Of a stretch of DNA of 64,000 bases, positions 11,601-22,131 are shown piece by piece. The notes below the pieces were generated by a model. That model was not told where the DNA came from. It saw only the letters and a program-made list of their open reading frames with translations, and made no database searches. The translations under genes were made by a program, and so were the position numbers. Each line of letters opens with the position of its first letter. Within the stretch, counting starts at the first letter, position 1. This stretch comes from Anthoceros angustus (taxonomy: Eukaryota > Plantae > Anthocerotophyta): NCBI GenBank assembly GCA_010909165.1, contig VJWM01000107.1:372001-436000 (forward strand), read 5' to 3'.

Positions 11601-12175
11601 CCTGCAACATCCACTTCTAATGTTGATGACTTGCTAGGGTTTGGGGATTTGACTTTGTCAGGATCGCCATCACCACCCACCCTGAAGCTTGTGCAGACAC
11701 CAGCCCTTGATCCAACGAGCTTCAAGCGAAAATGGGGCCTGCTGCCTGTCGCCCAGGCTCTTGTGAGCTCTACATTCTGTCTTTGTTGCACGTATTGTTC
11801 TACAATCGGGTGCTTTGTGAGTCCCTCGCTATTGGTTGCAGGCCTTCCTAATCAAAATCTTGTGAATGTTTTTTGCAGGAGATACCCCTTCCTCAACAAG
11901 CAGCTTCTCTCTTGTCAGGGTCACAACCGCTTGTCCGCCACATGCAGGCTAACTCTATACAGTGCATGGCAACTGGTGGACAGGCGCCGAAGTTCAGGTT
12001 CTTCTTTTATGCACAATCAGCAGAAGCTCCATCCGGCTCTGGCTTCTTTCTAGTTGAGTTGCAAGTGACGTCGCCCGTGACGACTGTGGTAAAACTGAAG
12101 GCTGATGATTCCACTTTGACTGAAGCTTTTGTGGCGCACTTCCGTTCCACCCTAGGGAAGTTTAGTGCCCTGTAG
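8663..12175 (+). CDS. AP4B: Beta-adaptin-like protein A (AP-4 complex beta subunit), multi-exon
   Basis: Exons read ELKTQLRQLAGSRAPG...KKVISYMTIGIDVSSLFSEMVMCSAT, YVKKLKLEMLTAVAN, DVHDRALLYYRLL and a C-terminal appendage IQCMATGGQAPKFRFFFYAQ. GT-AG introns. Start codon uncertain. Confidence 0.93.
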
Positions 12176-12577
12176 ATCCCAGCAATAAAGGAAAACATTA
12201 TTGCGGCACATTGACTCTGAGACACACGGAGTCCCTGGGTAAACTCCAACCAAGATGGCAAAGACTCTTTGTGGGAATATCAGACCATGCTCAGATGCTG
12301 ATCCTATGCGAGTGTACCAAAACTTGCTCAGGGTTCTGGGATCCTGGACAGGCTATCCTGAGCCCTCTTTTCTCCCGAGCCATTGCCAGTTTCGGTTCTC
12401 TAGGCCTTTGGAAGTGCGAAGTAGCTACCTTGGGGAATATTCGTTAGATACGCCCGTTTGTTTTCGTCAGGGTGAGGGGACGGAGCTCCGGTTGGCCTGC
12501 CTTCAGCCGGTCTTCGAGTCAAGCCGATCCTTTTAGTCGCGTCCTGTTGCTGGAAGTCGGCATTCGCAGGAAGAGAT

Positions 12578-14510
12578 ATGGCGGCATCCGCGGCGGCATG
12601 CAGCACTGTTGTGCGCTCGCCGGAGATCGCCCACCGGCGGGCCGCGGGGTTCTCTTCCCCGTTCCTCTCCTCCTCCAAGGTGTGGCTGCCTGCAGGGCGC
12701 CGCGCTGTGCAGCTGGAATTGGTGGGCGACAGCCATCGCCTGCGCACTGCAAGGCCGGCCGCGCTTCGTGTCTGCGCGGTGCAGGCAGCAGGGTAAGGGA
12801 GCAGCACTTCACTGATTCCAAGGCAGCACGGCATTGCCGGTTTGCTGCCCCAGCTCCCGGAATTCTCTCGATTTTCATCATTTCCCTGCCGTCTCACCTC
12901 TCCTCTTCCTTCTGCAAGGAAGGGTTGAAGTTGATGGTGTTAAAACTGTCAGCGGCGAAGGCGGCCTTCCCAAGGTTGTCTTGACAACCGACAATGGCAG
13001 GTCCGTCGGTGGTCACCGTATTGCATGGATGTTGAGCGGGTTCGCTTCATCTCGCTGTGGAATGTTCACCGCTGCCTCGTACTTCATTTGTTCAGCTCGG
13101 CCGAGATCTACTTGTACGGAGGTTGTGTCACCTCATGGAAGGTTGCAGATGGGAAGGACTTGTTGTTCGTCAGGCCCGATGCTGTCTTCACAGGTCAGAA
13201 ACCTATCAGGTATGTGTGTGGAAGCCATTTCAACCTGGGAACGAAAATGTCGTCAGCCTGACATGGGTTGGTGGAATCCTCCTGAAAACTGATTTCTGAG
13301 ATCCACTGAATTCTGTGCAGCGGTGGAATACCGCACTGCTTCCCTCAATTCGGACCAGGCCCTATCCAGCAGGTAGGCTAGCATGCAAGTTAGAATTCTC
13401 ATCCAAGTCTGTTCCTACTGCGGGCCTGTTCTGTCATGATTCTCAGCCATACTGATTGAAGGTCATGGTCACAGCATGGATTTGCCCGCAACTTGTCTTG
13501 GGAAGTTGTTGATGCCAAGAATGAGCAAGGATCACCCTCTGTGACTCTTGAACTAAGAGATAATGAGTACAGCCGCGCCATGTGGAACTACGCCTTCGTC
13601 TACTCTTTCAAGGTATCCTAATTTTCACGGTAGATTGTTTGATTTATTGTCATATATATGTGGTTTGTGAGTAAACTTTGTTTTCTGAAGGTGGTTTTGG
13701 AGCCTCAAAAGCTTTTGACGACACTGACCGTCACAAATACAGACAGCAAGGAGTTCAGTTTCACCACTGCCTTACACTCCTATTTTCGGGTACGTTTTAG
13801 AGCCTGCAAACTTGCTCAGCCCGGGTCCTGTGTTCACATGCTGTCTTGATAATCACTTACGGCCGGTTCTGAGCTTTGAGTCCCGTGTATGTGTGTACAG
13901 GCTTCCATCGCAGACGTTGTCGTGAAGGGATTAAAGGGCAGCAAAAGTTTGAAGAAGAGTTTTGAAGATCCAAAAAACCCCACCCCCGGCGTGGAAGAGA
14001 GGTACATATGCCGCACAAGAAGTTGCCTTACTGCTAATTTCTGCCTAACCAATCCGTTTAATACTTTTCGCTGGTTCAGGGAGGACGTTACTTTCCCGGG
14101 CTTTGTGGATTGCATGTACCTTTCCGTTCCGAATGAGCTGGTCCTCAAGAATGGCCTCGGCGACACTATTTTGTTAAAACAAAAGAAGTGAGTGCAGGTG
14201 TAACATTCTACCCTCTTCACTCGATGTCTCTCATTTTGCTCACTGGAATTCACTGCCTTTGCCCGCAGTTGGACGGACGCGGTGGTCTGGAATCCGTATT
14301 TGACAATGGAGGCTTCGTATAAGGACTTCGTATGCGTGGAGAATGCCAAGGTAAGATTGGTTTCCTAACTTTGTGGGAAGTTTGGTGCATATCCTCCCTG
14401 TTGTTCCTGAAGTGACTAAAAAGCCACATCTGTCGTCGCAGCTCGAGCCCGTCATACTGCAGCCTGGCGATTCCTGGACAGCGGACCAGGAGCTTTCTCT
14501 AGCACAGTAA
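12578..14510 (+). CDS. D-hexose-6-phosphate mutarotase / glucose-6-phosphate 1-epimerase (aldose 1-epimerase family), probable plastid transit peptide
   Basis: Spliced exons give SAEIYLYGGCVTSWK, GGIPHCFPQFG, HGFARN, FTTALHSYF, DAVVWNPY, FVCVENA; stop at 14508-14510. Confidence 0.92.
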
Positions 14511-14923
14511 AAACTGTGTTTGGATTGGCTCCCATTTTCTCCAGATCATCGATTCAGTGTGCTATAACACGGCACGTGCACTGGAAGAGCAGCCACATCT
14601 GCCAAGACCAAGGGGGGCATGACTGGCAATGCTCAATAATATTGTTCGTGAGCCGAGACCGTCTTTGAATTGTGCTCCCCCTGTTTGGCCCGCGTAACTG
14701 ACGTTCCACTCATTTCTTGAGAGCCCAAAGACGTGATTTGGTCTGTTCAAACTTGTTGTCCCCTGTTCATGCTCAATCATGGCACCGAAAGTCAGAATTC
14801 TTGGACCCAAGGTTCTTACTGAACTTGTAGATTTTTTAATGTCAAATTAATTATGTAGAGAACGTTGTCTTAACTCGGCTGTTTAAGTGATTTGAGGTCA
14901 TGCTAAACTGTGGGTTGTTCAAA

Positions 14924-15830
14924 ATGCCGTCTTATCGAGCACAAGAACATTAGGTGTACGACCCCTCCATAGCTGAAAAGGTAGCTACTCAAAACTGTAA
15001 AAGAAAGTCTTAAATGTTATTGATGGCATTATGCTCATAATATGTGCTTCTGTAATTCAGATATTAAGCTCAGCTATAAAACATAAAGAAGCTGAGAGGA
15101 GTTATGAATCGGTCATACACGACCAAATTCAAATTCTACAAGGTCAAATTCATGTCACAAAAGAGTATGAAGACGAGGATAGCTGCGACTCCATGAGTGA
15201 TGATGAACATGACCTTAACTCAGGGGATCATGATTATCAAGAATACTACGATAAAGGACATGCAACATCAAATTTTGAGTGTTTACTTCAATGCTCTGTA
15301 ATTATCTATCTCATAATATTCTACAATACTATTCAGCATTTTTTAATCTGTACAAAGATAACTCAAGAATATTAATTAAAAAAGTTTTTTTAATTTTAAT
15401 AGGATGAGGATTTACGATCGCAGTTTCATTCTTCACTTCAAAATGTTGAATATTTGAAAGAATTGAATATGCACAAGAAAAATAATGAAAGATGTGCAAT
15501 TCAATTGCAGGTAGAATAAGGGTTCATGATTGACGAATAAGATACTCGAATTCTTCTTCCTTTTCTACAAGACTATAGTAAACTGAGTGTGGAAATACCT
15601 CTTTTCTATCAATTTAATATTAATTGAATATAGTTTTTATGCAGAAACTAGAGCTTCAACTTGAAGAATTTTCCAAAGCATTTGGGAGCCAACTCAAGGA
15701 GCTAAGGTAGGTTATTCTTATGTACAAAACTCTTAGACTATAATCGATTTCTCAAAAAAAATACATGCTCATTATAAGTTTTTGATTTCCTATGGTGAAG
15801 AAGGTTTATGGGAGCTTTTCCCAAGTTGTA
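14924..15830 (+). CDS. Possible uncharacterised spliced gene with acidic and coiled-coil-like segments (boundaries uncertain)
   Basis: In-frame exons with clean AG/GT borders at 15403-15510 (DEDLRSQFHSSLQNVEYLKELNMHKKNNERCAIQLQ) and 15645-15706 (KLELQLEEFSKAFGSQLKEL), plus an upstream acidic ORF 15031-15375. No family recognised. Confidence 0.4.
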
Positions 15831-15965
15831 ATAATTGGAGCTGCTAAACTAAGTATCTTCATTCAAATGTAATGTCAACCAAGAGCTTATAACTATCGTT
15901 GACATTTTTGGGTTCAATTTTTTTAATACATGTAGATATAGGTTTTGTAAATTATCTACTGATAA

Positions 15966-17487
15966 TTAGGTTTTCCATATTCCAGGAATTTTTTGATGAA
16001 CTTGGTGTATATTTTCAAGAACAAAATCTGCACTTGGGATACTTGAAGTACTTCCTACCTATATCAATTGAATAACTTAATATTTGTATAAAATATATAC
16101 AGTAAAAAATTCAGTATAAAAAATTATTATTTTAATTACCAAAGCTGTGTGTAAGCCTGCTGTTTTGCCTGCTTCAATGTTACGAATACTGTCATCAAAA
16201 AACAACTGTGTAAAGAAAATTAGACAAGTTTGATACATCTTAGAATCAAGAAATTAAGTACATTACTACTTGCCGTGGTTTCGGGGTCAGCTTGAGCAAT
16301 ATATATAGCTCTTTTCATGGCTTCTTGAGAAGGCTTACATACAATGTGATCAAAACTTTCATGTATTTGTTGTTTAGAATCATTGGCATCCCTTTGAAGT
16401 GCGATGGTTTCAAAACAAATAATATCAATGAAACAATCTTCTATTCCCAGCTTATTGAGAACCTTTAGTGTATGGATACTATCAGCATTGGTAAATACCT
16501 AGAGGATGGAGAGTTTTGTTTTCTGAATATTAGTTCATAGAAACAATAAGTGTAGGGTATGAGCGTTGAAAATCCGCAAGCAACTCTCTCAATTCATACT
16601 TACAAATTTTTTTTGAGGCATGCTCAATAATAAATCTTTTAGAGTCGGGTCTGGTTTTAGTACATCATATGGTAGCCTGCCGTGCACAAATCTGCTCAAA
16701 ACATGAAGTACACTTTAGTTTTTCATATTACTATTTTCAAGTGCAGTACTACTCAATTTCTTCTTAAATTAGATGTCTATATAAAATATCCAAAATTGAG
16801 ATCAAAGATTTTTTACAAAGAGAATTAAAAATACGAGCATACCTATTATAGTCTTCAATGTCAATCTTAAATCCTGATTCCTATTTTCCAAGATTAGCTT
16901 GTAAATACGATGATGCTCACAAGAAACTTGACTATGTTAATGTAATTGTAGCCGCGCATATTGGTTGATAGGAAGCAATACATAGTGAGCCATATTTGGT
17001 TTTTCAAAATCTTTGAGTTCCGACTTACCACAAGTCCCGCAAGAGTTGTACCATGATTTTTATATAACTCCAAACATAAGTTAGAAACTTGGGTAGGGTT
17101 TACGCCCAAGTGATTGACCATATAGTCTAAAATTCCATGAGTTGCACAAGAGCGGATGCATCTATTTCAATTAAAGGTGGTTGAATATTTAAAATTGGTT
17201 TCCTTTTAGAAATTATTAAATTTTAAATATATAACCAAGTAAAGTTGTTAAGAAAGAAGCTTACCTTCAATATTTTTGCGACAAGCTGAAGCAATACCAG
17301 AACTTAAGGGATATAATGTGTCATCCAAATCTAGTAGCCATAGTCCACAATTCAGACACTAGAGTAAAGCACATTATTATAATATGTTCTTTAGGTACAT
17401 TAGTTTTGAATAGGTAGATGAATGCATGTTTGTAGAAGGGGTTTTGTTTAGCTTACCAAACAACAAACATGTGTACCGTGTACTCAT
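15966..17487 (-). CDS. HAD-superfamily hydrolase, pyrimidine 5'-nucleotidase/SDT1-like, multi-exon
   Basis: Reconstructed exons: MSTRYTCLLF|DLDDTLYPLSSGIASACRKNIE|MVNHLG...LYKNHGTTLAGL|FVHGRLPYDVLKPDPTLKDLLLSMPQKKF|VFTNAD...CKPS|LFFDDSIRNIEAGKTAGLHT|VGSTSSIPSADFVLENIH..WKT*. HAD motifs I-IV are present. Confidence 0.9.
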
Positions 17488-18176
17488 TCTTGAGGTTTTG
17501 AGTTGATGGGCACTATTTAACCTTGGGGTTTTGGATTGATGGCCACCATTTAACCTTGGTATAAAATATTGTGATCACTTACAATTGTATTTACAATGTA
17601 TTTACTAGTACACATAATGTAAGTATTTAGTTAATAATTATTTTTATATATTAAATTTATGAATTAAATTAATTATCTGAAATAGTTGCAACTGATAAGG
17701 AATGAATATTAAGCAAGATATATATTCCATAATTTTTAGGAAGGCATGGTACATATTTACAAATCTTAACATACGTTTGATAGTTTTACCTATATGTTCT
17801 TTCATTTGATAGTTTCTCTGTACGTTCTTTCTTAATTTTAGATTATATCCATGCCATGAGAAAAATAATAATTACTAAAGTACTTTAAAATGAATAATTA
17901 CATGACTTTGATTTAGATTTTTTTATCAAGGATTAAGTTTGAAAAAAATACGTCAATTGAATTATATAATTTGGTATGGAACATACCTAAAACAATCCTT
18001 GTTAATATATGTGTGGACCATAAAAGTTTTGTAAGTATATTTGCAGAAAAATAAAAATGTAAAGGTACAATAGAATTAACAAAGTAGTGGTTCTAGGTAC
18101 TATCATCTGACCCTCCACTAAAATGGAATCACAACATAAACTCCAAGGGTAGTGGGTAGTGCCAAAGTAGTTCAAT

Positions 18177-19133
18177 ATGTCTTATTTGGATGATGATGGA
18201 GATGAACCCGAGTGGGTAGAATTGCTAAAGAATGGAGGCCCTCTTCCTATTCGAGACAACATTGAAGATTGCTCAAATGGTTGGGCTGCTCCCCCTCCTG
18301 AGCTTTTCATGATTCGTGGAACAAATTACTTGACAGACAAATTGAAACAACCAGCGGGAGAACCCTTCTTAAGACCACTTGCATTTGATTGGTTGCAAAA
18401 TCCTCTTAAAATAGATGAGATCATGAAACACCCAAATAATCGTGTAGCATGTGCACTAGAAACAGCTTGTAAGCAAGGAGAATATGCATTTGTGTGGTGT
18501 TTCAACTTTCAAATTCCCTCAAAAGAGTATTATTCAGCGGTTGCATATTTTATTTCTTATCAATCACCTGAACCTGATAATATAATAGATAGATTCTTGA
18601 AAGGAGACGATGCCTTGAAAAACAAGAAATTGAAACTAATAGCCAACATTGTCAATGGCCCTTGGATAGTTAGAACAGCCGTAGGGGATCATGCAGTGTG
18701 TGTTCTAGGAAAATCTCTTGAGATAAAATACACTATAGGGATTAATTATATAGAAGTAGACATCGACGTAGGATCATCCATAATGGCAAATGCTATCATA
18801 CATTTAGCCATTGGATATATTACAGAGATCACAATTGATCTTGCCTTTGTAATAGAAGGACAAACAGATGAAGATCTTCCTGAACGCCTTTTAGGAGCTA
18901 TTCGATGTTCAGAACTAGACTTAGGGTTAGCAATCCCTTTAGATTTACTCTCTAAAGAGGGTGTCATTTGGGGAACAGCACAAGGGCCTTCCTTGGTGAA
19001 AGAATTGCCCACACGAATGTGGAAGCAAATAAGTCAAAAGGGGCAAGCTGTTAAAACCTTCATAAAAACACGAGGGAGTGGGAGTGGTTCCAAGAGTTTA
19101 CCACAAATTGAAGAAAACCAGAACCCAAATTAG
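18177..19133 (+). CDS. DUF1336 / EDR2 C-terminal-like domain protein, intronless
   Basis: 318-aa ORF with NGWAAPP..F.IRG.NYL.DK.K.PA, FNFQIP, KLIANIVNGPWIVRTAVG, YIEVDIDVGSS, IDLAFVIEGQT.E.LPERLLGA. Confidence 0.9.
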   Translation: MSYLDDDGDEPEWVELLKNGGPLPIRDNIEDCSNGWAAPPPELFMIRGTNYLTDKLKQPAGEPFLRPLAFDWLQNPLKIDEIMKHPNNRVACALETACKQGEYAFVWCFNFQIPSKEYYSAVAYFISYQSPEPDNIIDRFLKGDDALKNKKLKLIANIVNGPWIVRTAVGDHAVCVLGKSLEIKYTIGINYIEVDIDVGSSIMANAIIHLAIGYITEITIDLAFVIEGQTDEDLPERLLGAIRCSELDLGLAIPLDLLSKEGVIWGTAQGPSLVKELPTRMWKQISQKGQAVKTFIKTRGSGSGSKSLPQIEENQNPN

Positions 19134-19567
19134 ACACCTAATACCTAGCAGTTGTAGGATGTTTTCTCTTGTGGATATTGTATTCACAATCAAAGCTTGA
19201 TCCATGTTTTGGTTTGGGTTTTGCTCTTGAGAGATCCCGACTTAGACTAGTTCCTCAACCAGTGCGACAAGTCTTGCTGTAGCATGACCGAGCGGTTCAT
19301 GTTGCAGGCGTTTAAGACTGACCAAATGTCCTGATTGGACAATTTACAGTGTTGACTGGCGATGTTAATGCTTCCAATCGGGTGTCTCCTGCAACAACAA
19401 CAACAAGGTGTGATCCCAACACGACAAGGTCAATGTGCCATCACCTGCTGCTATCAATCAACTTGGTCCACTTTGTGTTCCTGATATGTTTTGGCAACCT
19501 GATGAACCGTGAGCCCATCGACAAATCCATCCAGCAGGTGACGAAGGTCTGGACCAGAGTTTCGGCA

Positions 19568-21662
19568 ATGGAGTCCAACAGTAGACGTAACAGCGGCAAA
19601 ACGGCAACGAAGTCTGACAGTAGACGCAACAGCACCAAATCGACGACAGAGTCGAACAGCAGACGCAACAGCAGCAAAACGGAGGCCGATGTGGGCGGAA
19701 ATGAAGCCGCCTTGCAGGCCAAGAGGAGGTCGGTCGACAACGACCCCCATCTGGCGGAGCTCCTGGGAGCTCTGGCAGACATCGGGCTTCCTCTGACTGC
19801 CCCTGCGGCAGGCCCCGTGTCGAGTCCCGTCCGGCGCGCCAGCGGATCCGAGCTCCCGAGACCCAGAGCAGGCAGCGGCAGCGAGGTCCCGGCCCAGGTC
19901 TCTCCCGTTCAGATCTCGGCCCCGGCCCCGGCCTCCGCGGCAGACGAGACTGCCTCCCAGCACACAACAGAGAGTGGGAGCGTGCCACGGACCCCGCAAA
20001 GCTACCGAGGCAAGGGCAAGCCGGCAGCGGAGATCGCATCAAAGCAGTACCGCGAGTTCAGCAAGAAGGCCTACGACCTGTATCCTGAGAACTTCCCGGC
20101 CGAGCTGCGGGCCATCCCGACCCCTGCCAGGCCAGCCAAACAAGGAGCCACAAAGCAGCAGGCTGCCAAGCCAGGCAAGGATGCGGTGCCACCCACAACC
20201 ACAACGCAGCAGGCACCGGTGATCGAGGAAGTGGACGCTGCGCACCCGGTTTCCATATCCCAGGACTCCTCCTCCCTGCTGCTCTCGGAGGCAGCCAAGC
20301 TCGCGCGGCAGAATCAGGCCAGCACGGAGGCCTCGGTCGCGGCCCAGGACAGGTGGCTGGAGGCGCAGGCCGAGGGCCGGCTGCACCCGGGGGAAGAGGC
20401 AGCGGGAGAGCAGGAGCAGGAGCAGGAGCAGGTGCCGAAGCTGGTGCTGGGGAGAGTGCAGGCGCCTGAGGAGGCGGTGCGGCGGGTGTCCGTGGAGTAC
20501 CGGGATCCGAGCCTGGCGCAGCCCAGCAGCAGCCGGGTGCTGCGGGACGAGGCGGCGGCGCACAGGAACCGCACCCAGTTCGAGCTGCGGGAGCTGCTGC
20601 CGCTGGAGACGCTGCTGCGGCGGTACAGGATCAGGCCGCACCAGGCCATGCCGGGGCGGGAGGCCGGGCAGCCTGACTGGCAGGCCGTGGCCAAGACGGC
20701 CGGCGTGCTGCGCCTGGTGCGCGCCGCGGAACTGTGGGCACCTGCGTGCTGCTGCACCCGGAGGACCTGAGCGAGCCCGGGAGCGCGAACCTGCCGCTGC
20801 ACAACGTGGTGGTGACGGCGCGGCACCTGGTGGTGGACGCGCTGCCGGGACCCAAGCCGCGCTGGGGTTGCAGGAGGAGGCGTACGAGGTCAATCTGGGG
20901 CTCGTCAAGCACATCGCGTCCTGGCACGGCGTCGATGTTTCCTTCTTCCGGATCCAGGATACCAGGACCGTGCATTACCCGCGATTCGATCCTCACGGGC
21001 CCAAGCCGCTGCGCTTTCCTTCTTCCGCCACGCGGAAGTTCGTGCTGGGCGAGCCTGTGTATCTGCTGGCGTACCCGGCCCTGGTGGACGTGCTGCCTTG
21101 GCGAGCCCATGATCACCCCATGGACGAGCCGGTGCTGCTGTCCGGCGTCGTGTCCAGGATTCTGCACCCACAATTTGGCATCGTCGCCGACTACAAGTGC
21201 TTCCCAGGTATCCAAAAGCGCTGCCTGGACTTGGAATTGATCAATCCTCTTGTTTCGCAGCCTCCATCTCTCTCATTATCCCGCTGCTGGCTGCTGGCCG
21301 CTGGCTTCCGTGCTGTAGGCACACAAGGTGGGGCCGTCTTGTCCCAACAGGGAGAGTTGCTTGGGATTCATTCGCGCACAATACTTGCCACTGATGCGCT
21401 AGATAAGGAAGCAAAGCCTCCCGTGATAGGAAGCTCTAGTGAAGTGCCCGATCAAGTCACCTTAACCAAGGAGGCTCGTATTTCTTGTCCGTCCAGCAAA
21501 TTGGAGCGATTTGCTGATGGCTACGCTGAGTATGCCGCAGCAAATGTGAAACACAAAGCTTTGTTGGGACTCTTTGTTCCATGGACTACTATTCGAAGCA
21601 GGCTTCTCCTATCTCACAAGCAATTGCGCGCAGTAGCTGCTGTATCCTCTGGAACAGAATAA
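19568..21662 (+). CDS. Protein with long low-complexity N-terminus and C-terminal trypsin-like peptidase fold (catalytic Ser appears replaced); two 1-nt frameshifts probably assembly errors
   Basis: Three overlapping frames join at C-runs (~20725, ~20850) to give GTVGTCVLL...VVTARHLV...DVSFFRI...LSGVVS...DYKCFPG|TQGGAVLSQQGELLGIH. One GT-AG intron at ~21209-21318. Start uncertain. Confidence 0.65.
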
Positions 21663-22131
21663 TTAGGTAGGTAGATCCCGACTCTACTACCCCTAGCCAA
21701 TTAAATACTTATCTTACGTAACTCCCAAACCGCCTTTCACGAATTAGCGTTCTGCCGGAAAGGGTGCAAGCAAGGTCCACAATGCTTTCTAGGTTCTGCT
21801 ATAGCATGGTGCTAGAGCGGAGAGGCCATCGAACACTGAACCGTTCCATGTAGGCGATACAGCCATATTAGGTACTAGATACCGGTCCGTCACAAAGTGA
21901 TTGCTGACGCGGTGCTGGTGAAACGATCACCGAAGCCCGAAAACTCTCATCCGCCGGGTGGCAGACCTCTCCTCCATACTTCTGCACGTCACATGTTCTG
22001 GATTTGAGCGAAAGTTCCAACTGGAGTTCCGGAAATCAGCAGATGCATGGCACAGTGCAGAGAGCTTACTTGAAGTACGCAAGTCCAAACGGACGAAGCC
22101 AAAGTGGACAACTCTCGTGCCTCCGCACAAG

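Noticed and set aside
12400-12984. Several overlapping 120-170-aa ORFs at the epimerase 5' end
   Set aside because: Shadows of the GC-rich transit-peptide exon.
19441-21215. Multiple long minus-strand and alternate-frame ORFs over the trypsin-fold gene
   Set aside because: Expected stop-codon scarcity in very GC-rich coding DNA.
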